Shown: piece after piece, positions 20,269-30,260 of the stretch
Layout: each line of letters opens with the position of its first letter
Numbering within the stretch: position 1 is the stretch's first letter
Origin: Candidatus Limihabitans stercoravium
GTDB taxonomy: Bacteria > Bacillota > Clostridia > Christensenellales > CAG-314
Direction: 5' to 3'
Assembly: GCA_018715495.1 (NCBI GenBank)
Contig: DVLO01000008.1
Location: 9,394 to 73,393, forward strand
Length of the DNA stretch: 64,000 nucleotides
The notes under the pieces: model-generated
What the model saw: the letters and a program-made list of their open reading frames with translations, nothing else
What the model was told of the DNA's origin: nothing
Database searches by the model: none
Position numbers and translations under genes: made by a program

Positions 20269-20304
20269 AAAAAAAACACCGAAACGTAATGTTTCGGTGT
20301 TTTT
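20269..20304. terminator. Bidirectional terminator between 2TM gene and tRNA-Arg
   Basis: AAAAACACCGAAAC-GTAAT-GTTTCGGTGTTTTT. Confidence 0.85.
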
Positions 20305-20306
20305 CT

Positions 20307-20383
20307 TGGCGCGCCTTAAGGAGCTCGAATCCCTAACCTTTGGTTCCGTAGACCAACGCTCTATCCAATTGAGCTAAAGGCGC
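20307..20383 (-). tRNA. tRNA-Arg (anticodon ACG)
   Basis: Reverse complement folds as cloverleaf: acceptor GCGCCTT/AAGGCGC, anticodon arm TTGGT-CTACGGA-ACCAA, T-loop TTCGAGC, encoded CCA. Confidence 0.96.
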
Positions 20384-20411
20384 ATGGGCATCTGATTTCA
20401 AATGCTAATCA

Positions 20412-20440
20412 ATTATACAGCAACTGAAAGTAAAAGTCAA
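20412..20440 (-). promoter_or_regulatory. sigmaA promoter of tRNA-Arg
   Basis: Minus strand TTGACT-17bp-TATAAT. Confidence 0.75.
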
Positions 20441-20597
20441 CAATTACAAGCCAATTTTTTGTGTTAAATTTGCATTTAGCATTTCAACCAACAATTTTTT
20501 CCTGGCCGTTTAAGACTACTTAAAGCCAAAAAACATACAACGAATACAATCTGTATCGTTAAATTACACTATAAAAAAATTTGTAAAATTGCCAATA

Positions 20598-20626
20598 TTG
20601 ACATCAAATATCAAATATCATATAAT
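20598..20626 (+). promoter_or_regulatory. Consensus sigmaA promoter of RND gene
   Basis: TTGACA-17bp-TATAAT perfect match. Confidence 0.8.
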
Positions 20627-20682
20627 TTATTACATAAAATGATAGTTGTTTTTTATTAACCTAAGAAACAGGGAGGTCAGGC

Positions 20683-23600
20683 ATGAAAACCTTTATCAAG
20701 ACAGCAGTTTTAAGACCGGTTACCATATGTGTATTGGTAATCATTTTGCTGGCTACGGGCGTGCTTGCAACCATGGACATGTCTACTGCATTGCTTCCCG
20801 GTATACAGATGCCCATTTTCGGCGTATCGGTAGTTTATCCGGGTGCAAGTGCGCAATCTGTGGAGAAGGATGTCACCAAGGTACTGGCAAGCGGATTGAA
20901 GTCCGTCACCGGGGTAGTCGAAACGGAAACCTATTCCTATGAAAACGTAGGTATGGTCATTCTGACATGCGATTACGGCATTGACGTGGACAAGAAACGT
21001 GACGAAATAGCTCAGGTTGTGGAAAACACATCCTTGCCTTCATCCTGCTACAAACCCGTTGTCATTGCCGTTGATATGAACAGCGGAGCGGTGGCTACAG
21101 TTGCGTTGTACAACGACAGCGACGACATAGACAAACTCAATGCCGACGCAGAGAAATTGAAGGAAATGATGGGCGGTATAGAAGGTGTTGAAAGTGTTTC
21201 GCTGGTTGGCTCACCCACTCAACAGATTGAGATACATTCCCTTCAGGGATTTGACATGGCAAGTCTGCTCATCATGCAGGCGTTGCAGTCGGAAAACCTT
21301 GATATACCTATCGGTTCTATCATGGCGGACGGCAGTGTGGTGTCTATACGAAATTCATCGGACGCTAACAGCATTTACGACATCATGACATTGCCTGTAT
21401 CCGTTTCTTTGGGCGGAGTTGCAAGTCAACTGAACAACGTCAAGAACATTGTCAACATGTACCAGACGGCAACCTTGCAGGAAGTGGAACAGTACGTTTC
21501 GCAGGCGGACGGAATGCACGATCTGATGACGCAGATTGACGGCATGACATCTGCTGAACTTCAACAGATGAGTTCATTGCTGCCCATTGTCACAAATATG
21601 TTGAACGGTGCCCGTGAAGGCGGTATAATGTACAACGATTTCCGTAAAGTGTATCCCGACAGCGATACCAACGGCGACGGCACATTGGACGGCAAAGATA
21701 TTACATACGAACAATATGCATTGCTGTTTACCGACGGTGGCAGCAGGGTAATTGACGGTGAAGAGGTATCATTCGACGGATACAAGTTTTTCCACACAGA
21801 TGTTGCTCATCAAAGTTGTGACGATACATGTACACAGGACGTATACACCTATCAGCAGGTAGCGGAAATATTGCGTTTTGCCGAAAATGTAGACAGTGCA
21901 ATTCTTCAGGAAATTGTGGACGCTAAGAAAGCTGCCGAAGAAGCAGGGACAACTGCAACAATTGACAATGAAGTTTACGTCAGACTGTTCAGTTCCGTTA
22001 CGGACGTTCCTGTAACCGAACAACTTGTTGAAATTGTAAGACGTAGTGACTTCAAGACCAACGTGTCATCGGTGTTGCTTGAGTACAAGCGCAAGCACGT
22101 TGTATTGGATGAAGGTGAAGATTACGGAAAGCCTGTGTATTCCAACGGACAGTTGTGCGTAGTGGACAACGGCAGACTGACTGCAAACGGACAGCTTGTC
22201 AACAACTACGGCTGGCTGGTAGACGGTAGTGGCAGATACGTTGACCAACAGGGCAACGTGCTGACGTTGACAGAAGCTCAGAAGATTGAAAGGTACAACA
22301 ACCTTGGCGAATACATTATTTTCAGTGATGAAGAATTACTGGAACTGTACAATACAATGGGCATTGACGTAGGTATTGAATTTGGCATTACAACCGACAC
22401 AATCAGGTTTGTAAGAGTAACAGATTTCAATACTTCAGATGGAACAATTGTTGTTCCGCTGTGTGCTTTGGGAAAGGTTGAACAAGTTGACACCTACTCA
22501 GGATACGCACAGATGAACGGTCATCTTGCCGTAATGGTAGAGGTTTACGCAAGTACAGACGCCGATACAACCTATATTGTTGACAAGGTAAAGGAAGCAA
22601 TGGCTGAAATTTCCGCTGACAGTGCCAATACTATTGTATTGCTGGACGACAAGTCGGAATTTATTTCACAGTCTATATCCAACGTATTGAGTTCTATCAT
22701 CATCGGTGGTGTACTGGCAATTTTGGTAATCTACCTGTTTGTACGTCGTATCCGTTCTTCGCTGGTAGTCGCAATCACAATGCCCTTGTCGGTACTGGTA
22801 GCGTTGCTGTGTATGTGGGCAATGGGATTGACATTGAACATGGTATCTCTTGGCGGTCTTGCTGTAGGTATAGGTATGTTGGTAGACAACAGTATTGTCG
22901 TACTTGAAAGCATTACCAAGTATCGTGACAGTGGTTACAGTATATTTGACAGCTGTGTCAAGGGAACAAGAGAAGTTGCAGGATCATTGCTTGCGTCAAC
23001 TCTTACAAACATCTGCGTGTTCTTCCCCATTCTGTTTACGCAGGGATTGACACGTGAAATATTCTACGACCTTGTATGGGCAATACTGTACTCAATTGTA
23101 ATGAGTCTTATTGTTGCGGTTACGGTCATTCCGTCCTTGTATCACCTTGTTTACAAACGCAACCCGCAAAAGAAGGTTGTCAACGCAGACGGCAGTGTGA
23201 CAATGGTAAGTCGTGAAGAAGGCGAACCACGTAAAAAGGCAATTGTCGAAAAGGCACAGCGCAAGGTGGAAAAAATGCAGAAAGCCGTTGTCAACAGCGA
23301 AAGAAAGTACGGCAAGTTGTTGAGTAAGGCTTTGAAACACAAGGTAGTAATTTGTGTTGTGGCATTGGTTCTGTTTGCAAGCAGTGTATTGCTTGTGTTC
23401 AGTACCGGAATGGAATTCATGCCTTCCGTTGACAAAGGCGAGATAGAAGTAAACATTGGATTTACTGCGCAGGACAGCCTGGAAGATGTGTACGAAACTA
23501 CCCTCAATGTAGCCGATTCGATAAAGGCCGATCTTGGTGATGTAGTGACGGACATTGCAATCACAGCCGGCAAGCAGGGAATGGTGGCATTGGAAAACAC

Positions 23601-24972
23601 AGGTAAAATACGTATAACAATTGACACCAAACTTGCCCAAACGGGTACAACAACTCAACACATACGTGAATTTGTCAAGCAGTTCGACCTTTCATCTGTT
23701 TCCGTAATGGAAATGGACGGCGTAGTTGCTGAAATAACCAGTGGTATGTCGGGTACTTCGGTAGTGTTGTTGGGTGATGATCCTGCAGTGCTCAGCGAAA
23801 TTGCAGGCAAGGTGGAAGAAAAACTGTTAGAGGATGAAAACATTGTGTCTGTAATCAATCAGGACGCACAGAAATCCACACAGTACTCAATTGTAATTGA
23901 CAAGACCAAGTGCACCGAACTGGGAGTAAACTACAGCAATGCAGTGATGATGTTGCGTGTGGGAATTTCCGGTCAGACAGGCGCAACGCTGGATATTGAC
24001 GGACAACAACAAAATGTCATTGTAAGTTTCAATGAAAATTCCGTAAACAGTCTTGAAGACATGCTCAACCTGGTTGTGGGATTCGCAACCGACGGCAGTT
24101 CCGTTCGTCTTGTGGACGTATTGCAACGTGACGATGAGGGCAACTACGAAGGTACAGGGCTTGTTAAAGAAGAAGTAGTCAGCGTAATAAAGACGTTGAA
24201 CGACAGTTACCAGGTCGCACTGGATGTGGAAAGCTACGGTGCCGACAGCGGAACTGTCAGCAAGAAGATCAACAACATTGTCAACGAAGTGTTGGCAGAT
24301 TACCCCGGTTACACCTACCAGGAAGGCGGTGTAAGCAAGTATCTCAACCAGGCATTTGACGGATTGGTTGTGTCACTGATTGCCGCATTCCTTCTGTTGT
24401 ACGGCGTGATGGCTTGCCAGTTCGAATCACTCTTGAAACCCCTTGTTGTAATAGTAAGTATTCCGTTTGCAATGACGGGCGGATTCCTTGCACTTGTTAT
24501 TACAGGTACACCTTTAAGTATTGTATCCTTTGTCGGAATCATCATGCTGATGGGCGTAATCGTCAACGGCGCAATTATAATGGTGGACAAGATAGATCTG
24601 CTCATCAAGTCGGGTGTTCCCGTTCAACAGGCTGTCGTTGAAGGCACAGCGTCCAGATTGAGACCAATTCTCATGACGACATTGACAACAATTCTTGCCC
24701 TTGTACCGTTGGCACTTGGGTTGGGCGAAGGCGGAGAACTGATGCAGCCCATGGGCATTGTCGTTTTTGGCGGATTGTTACTTGGTACACTGGTAACGTT
24801 GGTACTTGTTCCGTGTTTCTACTGCATTGTAAAGAGAGTGTCGTTTAAGAACTACACCTTTGACGCCGATAATTACGGAACAGCCATTGTAGACTTGGAA
24901 AAAATGGAACAGCCTGAAGTTGCGGCAACCGATTGCAGCGGTACAGACTCTGAAACGGAAACAAAACAATGA
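20683..24972 (+). CDS. AcrB/SwrC-like RND transporter with large extracytoplasmic insertion
   Basis: RPVT, YPGASAQSVE, GMLVDNSIVVLE, GVIVNGAI, RLRPILMTTLTT, GEGGELMQPMG. Confidence 0.92.
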   Translation: MKTFIKTAVLRPVTICVLVIILLATGVLATMDMSTALLPGIQMPIFGVSVVYPGASAQSVEKDVTKVLASGLKSVTGVVETETYSYENVGMVILTCDYGIDVDKKRDEIAQVVENTSLPSSCYKPVVIAVDMNSGAVATVALYNDSDDIDKLNADAEKLKEMMGGIEGVESVSLVGSPTQQIEIHSLQGFDMASLLIMQALQSENLDIPIGSIMADGSVVSIRNSSDANSIYDIMTLPVSVSLGGVASQLNNVKNIVNMYQTATLQEVEQYVSQADGMHDLMTQIDGMTSAELQQMSSLLPIVTNMLNGAREGGIMYNDFRKVYPDSDTNGDGTLDGKDITYEQYALLFTDGGSRVIDGEEVSFDGYKFFHTDVAHQSCDDTCTQDVYTYQQVAEILRFAENVDSAILQEIVDAKKAAEEAGTTATIDNEVYVRLFSSVTDVPVTEQLVEIVRRSDFKTNVSSVLLEYKRKHVVLDEGEDYGKPVYSNGQLCVVDNGRLTANGQLVNNYGWLVDGSGRYVDQQGNVLTLTEAQKIERYNNLGEYIIFSDEELLELYNTMGIDVGIEFGITTDTIRFVRVTDFNTSDGTIVVPLCALGKVEQVDTYSGYAQMNGHLAVMVEVYASTDADTTYIVDKVKEAMAEISADSANTIVLLDDKSEFISQSISNVLSSIIIGGVLAILVIYLFVRRIRSSLVVAITMPLSVLVALLCMWAMGLTLNMVSLGGLAVGIGMLVDNSIVVLESITKYRDSGYSIFDSCVKGTREVAGSLLASTLTNICVFFPILFTQGLTREIFYDLVWAILYSIVMSLIVAVTVIPSLYHLVYKRNPQKKVVNADGSVTMVSREEGEPRKKAIVEKAQRKVEKMQKAVVNSERKYGKLLSKALKHKVVICVVALVLFASSVLLVFSTGMEFMPSVDKGEIEVNIGFTAQDSLEDVYETTLNVADSIKADLGDVVTDIAITAGKQGMVALENTGKIRITIDTKLAQTGTTTQHIREFVKQFDLSSVSVMEMDGVVAEITSGMSGTSVVLLGDDPAVLSEIAGKVEEKLLEDENIVSVINQDAQKSTQYSIVIDKTKCTELGVNYSNAVMMLRVGISGQTGATLDIDGQQQNVIVSFNENSVNSLEDMLNLVVGFATDGSSVRLVDVLQRDDEGNYEGTGLVKEEVVSVIKTLNDSYQVALDVESYGADSGTVSKKINNIVNEVLADYPGYTYQEGGVSKYLNQAFDGLVVSLIAAFLLLYGVMACQFESLLKPLVVIVSIPFAMTGGFLALVITGTPLSIVSFVGIIMLMGVIVNGAIIMVDKIDLLIKSGVPVQQAVVEGTASRLRPILMTTLTTILALVPLALGLGEGGELMQPMGIVVFGGLLLGTLVTLVLVPCFYCIVKRVSFKNYTFDADNYGTAIVDLEKMEQPEVAATDCSGTDSETETKQ

Positions 24973-25034
24973 TGAAGTACTTTTAAGTTCCGTATCGGAA
25001 GTTTTAGATTATAATAAACGCAATGTACGATAAC

Positions 25035-25071
25035 ACAGCGAACTGACCTGTTGTCAGTCCGCTGTTTCTTT
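25035..25071 (+). terminator. Intrinsic terminator after RND gene
   Basis: ACAGCGAACTGAC-CTGTT-GTCAGTCCGCTGT + TTCTTT. Confidence 0.7.
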
Positions 25072-25634
25072 CGCCCTCAGTCAAATGAATAGTGTTGAAG
25101 TTTTTTCGTTTGTTCTCAACTTCTACGCATACTGAAAGCCTTCAATAATGAGGTTGTAAACATTGCACAATGTGACAGTGTGCCTCTTATATTACGAAAT
25201 CCATTGTAAAAGCGCTCAAGCGTACCCATTGGGCTGCGATAATTGTCTTTCGGGATGTGTTTTGCAAGGAACAGAGGTAGTTTATTTTCCGTGCAGTGTA
25301 AAATAACACAGGTTTATAAACTCAAGTCCAAATTAAACTTAAATGTCATCATACCGGCTGCAATTTAATAAATATAGCACCTTCTACACTAAAAAATGAC
25401 AGAATTGTCATATAACATCGCTTTGAAAAATGAGATGTAAAATACTTTAAAAGATGTAAAATTTTACACCAAAATAAATATAGTTGTTGTTGACATAAAT
25501 AACACTTATCGTAATTAATTATTTTTATGTTTTTTTTTATAAATTTACTTCTTTGAAGTGGTTTTTTGCTTGACAAGGCAGCCTCTTTTGTAGATAATTG
25601 AGCCGCCTAAATATTAGGTAAGGAGAATAGAAAA

Positions 25635-28241
25635 ATGAAAAAGTCACTTAGAATTTTGACTCTTGTGGTAGCACTGTGTGTGCTGGCAACACTAGTTGTT
25701 GCTTGTAAACCTGCTACCAAGTACACGGTAACATTTGATGCCGACGGTGGCACACCTGTGCCCGCTGCACAGGAAGTCAAAGAGGGAGAAAAGGCTACCA
25801 GACCTGATGATCCCAAAAAGGACAACTTCAAGTTTCTTGGTTGGTACAACGGAGATACCAAGTATACTTTTGAAGAAGCTGTAACATCTGACATCACATT
25901 GAAGGCTAAGTGGGAAGCAATTTCTGTTGAATCCACAGAAACAACTGATGAAATCACCTATGAAACATCAATCATGGGAACAGGCATTTCTATCAAACTT
26001 GCTCTTACATACGGAGTTGAATCTCACAAGATTACCGAAGTGGTATTCGGTGAATGTAAATTCACAACTGGCTCAAATTTCGAAACAACTTGGCAAGCAG
26101 GTAAGGACGAAGCTGTCAAGGCCTACATCGGTATGACTCTTGAAGAAGTAATTGCTCTTGGCGCTCCTAGCGGTAACCAAGTAGTTACAGGTACAACACA
26201 ATCATCTAAGGCATTGCTTGCTGCAATTCAGATGGCAGCAGGTACAGTTGGCAACAGCGATTCCGAATTTGTAGTAAACACGGCAACCGGTGAACTGACA
26301 GGTTACACAGGTACTGCAAGTGAAGTTACAATTCCTTCCGCTGTAGGCGACATCGCAATCACCGGCATTTCTGACGGTGCATTTGCAAACAACACAAAAA
26401 TCACCAAGGTTACAATTCCTAGCACAGTTGAATCCCTTTCTGAAGGTGCATTCACAGGCGCAACAAATCTTACGGAAGTTGTTTTCGAACAGGGCGGCAC
26501 AAGTCCTGTAATGATTAAAGGTTCTTTCAAAGACCTGACAAAGCTCACAACGGTTACGCTTCCTTCCAAGTCCAGCTTGATGGCAAGCGCATTTGAAGGT
26601 TGTACAGCTCTTGCAACAATCAACGGTCTTGAAAACGCTACAGTAATTCAGAACAGAGCTTTCTTCGGTTGCACATCTTTGACAAGCGTTACAACATCGG
26701 CAACGATGATTGGCGAAAGCGCATTCGAAGGCTGCACATCTCTTGAAAGCGTTACAATCAATGCAGGCACATTCATGAACATGGGTGCCAAGTACATCTT
26801 CAAGGATTGTACATCTTTGGAAACATTCGAAATTCCCTCTGTTGTAACAAGTATTTCTACAACAAGTTTCGAAAATTGTTCTAAACTTACATTGACAGTT
26901 GCTGAAGGAAACACCAAGTACTTTGCGGAAGACGGCGTGTTGTACAGTGACAACAACCTTGTTTACGTACCTGCAGGCGTTACAACATTTGAAATTCCTG
27001 CAACAATCACAAACATCGGAAGCATGCAGACAACTTTTGCCGACGCTTCCAAGATTACTGCTATCACAGTAAGTGCCAACAATACCAAGTTTGTAGCCGA
27101 CAACGGAGTTTTGTATACAGCAGGTTACAAGCAATTGCTTTTCATTCCGTCATCTGTAGGTCCTACATTTGAAATCCGTCCGGAAACTGCAACCGTTGGC
27201 GTAATGGCATTTGCTTACAGCACAGGTATTGAAACAATTACTGTAAATGAAGCTAATACAAAGTTCCAGGTAATCGACAGCGTTTTGTATTTTGAATCAG
27301 GCACTGATTCGTTCTACCTTGTAACTGTTGCTGACCGTACAGTTGCTAAGGAAGTTACAATTCTTGGCGGAAATGGCGACTACAGATTGTCCAATGTAAT
27401 GAGAGGTGCATTTGATTTCGGTAAACTGACAGGAATCAAGTTCATGGAAGCTGACCACATCGGTACAGGTTGGACCAATGTTACTCTTGATGAATCCATG
27501 ACAATCAAGGCTGCTGAACCTTGCCAGCGCAAGATCAACAGCAACATGTCAAAGTATAAGGACAGAGTTGAATACTTCTCTGTTGCTACATTTACTGTAA
27601 ATAACGAAGCTGAACTTTGCAATGCGTTGAAACTCTCAGGTGTAAAAGAAATCGTTCTTGGTTCCGACATCGGAATTACTCCCGTTGACCTTGGAACATC
27701 TACGCTTTCTCCGTCCATTGTAATTGACGCTGACATCACAATTAACCTCAACAATCACAAGCTGTATGTTGTTTATGACGGCAAAGCAGTGTTTACATCA
27801 ACTATCTGCATGTTCTCCATCAATGGTGCTGACGTTGTAATCAATGGTGAAGGAACACTTGACACCGAAGCAGGAAACAACAACAGTTACGGTATCAACA
27901 TTATCAACGGCGGATCTCTTACAATCAACGGTGGTAACTACTACGGTGCAATTTCTGCAGTTCAGGTACAAAAGGGTTCACTTGTAATCAATGGAGGACA
28001 CTTTGACCTTGCAACAACAGTTAAAGAACTTTATCCTTCCTATGCGAAGTACATCATCAACTGCATTGACGCTAACTTCAAGGACGGTTCGGCTACCATT
28101 ACAATCAATGGCGGAACTTTCGTCGGTATCGACTACTCCGCTAATCCCGAAGGTGAAGGAACATCATATATTGCAGAAGGCTACACGGTTGTATCCGAAA
28201 AACACGGCGAAGAAACATGGTACACGGTACAGGCTGCCTGA
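25635..28241 (+). CDS. Modular surface lipoprotein: InlB-B repeat, FMN-bind-like domain, BspA-type LRRs, beta-helix-like C-terminus
   Basis: Lipobox LVVAC; YTVTFDADGG..FLGWY..ITLKAKW; VVTGTTQSSKALLAAI; repeats AFxGCTSLxSVTI/P; Gly/Asn-rich LTINGG repeats. Confidence 0.82.
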   Translation: MKKSLRILTLVVALCVLATLVVACKPATKYTVTFDADGGTPVPAAQEVKEGEKATRPDDPKKDNFKFLGWYNGDTKYTFEEAVTSDITLKAKWEAISVESTETTDEITYETSIMGTGISIKLALTYGVESHKITEVVFGECKFTTGSNFETTWQAGKDEAVKAYIGMTLEEVIALGAPSGNQVVTGTTQSSKALLAAIQMAAGTVGNSDSEFVVNTATGELTGYTGTASEVTIPSAVGDIAITGISDGAFANNTKITKVTIPSTVESLSEGAFTGATNLTEVVFEQGGTSPVMIKGSFKDLTKLTTVTLPSKSSLMASAFEGCTALATINGLENATVIQNRAFFGCTSLTSVTTSATMIGESAFEGCTSLESVTINAGTFMNMGAKYIFKDCTSLETFEIPSVVTSISTTSFENCSKLTLTVAEGNTKYFAEDGVLYSDNNLVYVPAGVTTFEIPATITNIGSMQTTFADASKITAITVSANNTKFVADNGVLYTAGYKQLLFIPSSVGPTFEIRPETATVGVMAFAYSTGIETITVNEANTKFQVIDSVLYFESGTDSFYLVTVADRTVAKEVTILGGNGDYRLSNVMRGAFDFGKLTGIKFMEADHIGTGWTNVTLDESMTIKAAEPCQRKINSNMSKYKDRVEYFSVATFTVNNEAELCNALKLSGVKEIVLGSDIGITPVDLGTSTLSPSIVIDADITINLNNHKLYVVYDGKAVFTSTICMFSINGADVVINGEGTLDTEAGNNNSYGINIINGGSLTINGGNYYGAISAVQVQKGSLVINGGHFDLATTVKELYPSYAKYIINCIDANFKDGSATITINGGTFVGIDYSANPEGEGTSYIAEGYTVVSEKHGEETWYTVQAA

Positions 28242-28325
28242 GAATTTCGGTTTTACACTGATTTCATCATTCCGTTTAACTGAAATGATGAATGGTTAAT
28301 GTACTTAAAATTTAATTACCAAAAC

Positions 28326-28358
28326 AAAAAAAACCAAGCATTCGTGCTTGGTTTTTTT
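28326..28358. terminator. Bidirectional terminator
   Basis: A-tract-CCAAGCA-TTCG-TGCTTGG-T-tract. Confidence 0.88.
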
Positions 28359-28396
28359 GTTACGTTGGTATTTTTTCACATTCAAATTAATGTATA

Positions 28397-29086
28397 TCAG
28401 TTGAGTTGGAAAAGCATTTTGTCAAGAATGTTGTAAAGCTGTCCGTTGGCTGTGTAATCAGGGTCGGTTGTATAGTCTACGTATTGCTCAATGTGACTGT
28501 TGTCGATATCTGCCTGACGTATGCCTATGGCAATTCCGTTGTTTTCTCTGACAAATTTGAAACTTGGTATATCGGTAGAGCCGTCCCCAAGATATATTAT
28601 TCTATCCGCATTACTTGCAATTGTTTTTAAAATACTCACTTTATCGTCATGTGTAAGCGCAATGGGGCGATTGTGAGTGTAGTCAATGTCGCTTGCGTAA
28701 ATGTAGTTGAATTTGTGGGCAATGGGTGTTGCCTCTATCATTGATTTCAGCCCGCAGGAAATGACGTAGTGTTCTACAGTGAGATTGTGTTCTTTAAAGA
28801 GTTTGTTTACGCAGTCGAACCAACCTTCAACGCCTTTTTGCAGCACTGTATTTTTACCGTGTTTGGTAAGACCTACCTTGCTTATATCAACGTTGTGAGC
28901 GTTGCACTCATCAATCAGCGTAATCAGGGCTGCATTTATTCCGTCGGTGTTGTCAGTAACCGACCGCTGTTCACACAGGCGCCAGTATTCGTCGGCTGTC
29001 AATCCCAGCGCAGGAATAAGACTGTATTCTTCCATGTCAGTCGTGGACAGCGTTCTGTCGAAGTCGTAAACGATTGCTATTGTCAT
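28397..29086 (-). CDS. HAD-superfamily hydrolase
   Basis: Motif I YDFDRTL, motif II VISCG, motif IV YLGDGSTD. Confidence 0.85.
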   Translation of the reverse strand: MTIAIVYDFDRTLSTTDMEEYSLIPALGLTADEYWRLCEQRSVTDNTDGINAALITLIDECNAHNVDISKVGLTKHGKNTVLQKGVEGWFDCVNKLFKEHNLTVEHYVISCGLKSMIEATPIAHKFNYIYASDIDYTHNRPIALTHDDKVSILKTIASNADRIIYLGDGSTDIPSFKFVRENNGIAIGIRQADIDNSHIEQYVDYTTDPDYTANGQLYNILDKMLFQLN

Positions 29087-29271
29087 TTTCTACCCCTTTA
29101 TCATTTTGCAACATTGTATCACAAAGAGGTATTTGTTGCAAATGTATTTGAAAAAAGTGTATTTGCTACATCAATTTACAAATTCTGACAAATTGCGTAG
29201 TTTTATTTAATGTACAATTTCGGTGGTAAACTGGTAATGCGGACAGTAATCTAGTACCAAGGAAGGGTAAT

Positions 29272-30114
29272 ATGTATTGCAAGAAGATACTGATTTTTAA
29301 CAATGTTGACAACAGTGCGGCGATAAAGGGCAGGCAGTTGTGCGGTATGTTAAAGACTGAGGGCATTGGAAACAATGTCACGGATTGTCGGTTATTTGTG
29401 ACCAACGCAAGACCTGACATTGACACCTGGTATTGTGTAGTGCGTGTAAACGGCAAGGTGTTCAGTAAACAGTGTCAATTAAATAATTTCTGTTTTCAGC
29501 TGCCTGTAAATGTAACCGGAGATATTGCCTGTGTGTTGGTTGCAAACATCGGAAATCCTACTGTAGTTGCAACAGCGTGTATAGGTGAGTCGTCGAATCT
29601 GCAATACCTTTTGGCGAATGCATCCAAACTGGTGTCAAGCGATCAGTGGACGGAATACGAAAAGTTCGTTGCTGCGACTGATGACTTCTATGGCAATGCA
29701 CAGGCGGTAGATGTGGGTAAATTGCTTGAAAACGCACAAAGCAAGTACAAGACGGTAGAAGAATACAGTACGGCATTCGACAAGTACTACGCAGGCGGAC
29801 GCCAGGACAACTACTATCAGAGTGTAAAAAAGGAAATCACCAATCTGTTTTTACAATTTCCGCCTTACTATCCTTTAATAAGGCAATTCCCCGATTGCTT
29901 TTTCGTCAGAGTAGATTTTCCCACGGGCAACAGATTTTTTGTAATGGGATTGTTACAACAGGACAACGCCGTCCGATACATATGTTACGGATTGCCTGCC
30001 GATAAGGAAGGTTTCGACGACAAGGATTTTTCTTACCTGTCATGCAGTGACGGGGGATTCTGGATGCTTTACCAGGACGCAAATACCGGTCAGATAACAT
30101 CCTATAAGGAGTAA
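29272..30114 (+). CDS. Hypothetical protein
   Basis: 280-codon ORF with RBS GGAAGGG; C-terminal YICYGLP..GFWMLYQD; function unknown. Confidence 0.7.
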   Translation: MYCKKILIFNNVDNSAAIKGRQLCGMLKTEGIGNNVTDCRLFVTNARPDIDTWYCVVRVNGKVFSKQCQLNNFCFQLPVNVTGDIACVLVANIGNPTVVATACIGESSNLQYLLANASKLVSSDQWTEYEKFVAATDDFYGNAQAVDVGKLLENAQSKYKTVEEYSTAFDKYYAGGRQDNYYQSVKKEITNLFLQFPPYYPLIRQFPDCFFVRVDFPTGNRFFVMGLLQQDNAVRYICYGLPADKEGFDDKDFSYLSCSDGGFWMLYQDANTGQITSYKE

Positions 30115-30193
30115 ATTTCCCTTTATTGCTCTGTGAATGCTCATTTGCTGATGGTATGTTGTTGCAACAGCCGTATTTATTGCGTAAAAAATG

Positions 30194-30222
30194 TTGCAAT
30201 TTTTCAAATTATGCTTTATAAT
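30194..30222 (+). promoter_or_regulatory. sigmaA-type promoter
   Basis: TTGCAA-17bp-TATAAT. Confidence 0.6.
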
Positions 30223-30260
30223 GAAAGCCTATGAGCATATACAAAAGGAGTTTTATATAA

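Noticed and set aside
17600-20383. Prophage or ICE integrated at tRNA-Arg
   Set aside because: No integrase, relaxase or phage genes, and no duplicated tRNA 3' end (att) was found by eye.
13005-20560. Shared ATACA…TGTAT operator upstream of tetR (about 13009) and the RND gene (about 20535)
   Set aside because: Spacing differs (13 vs 12 nt) and the motif is short and AT-rich, so chance cannot be excluded.
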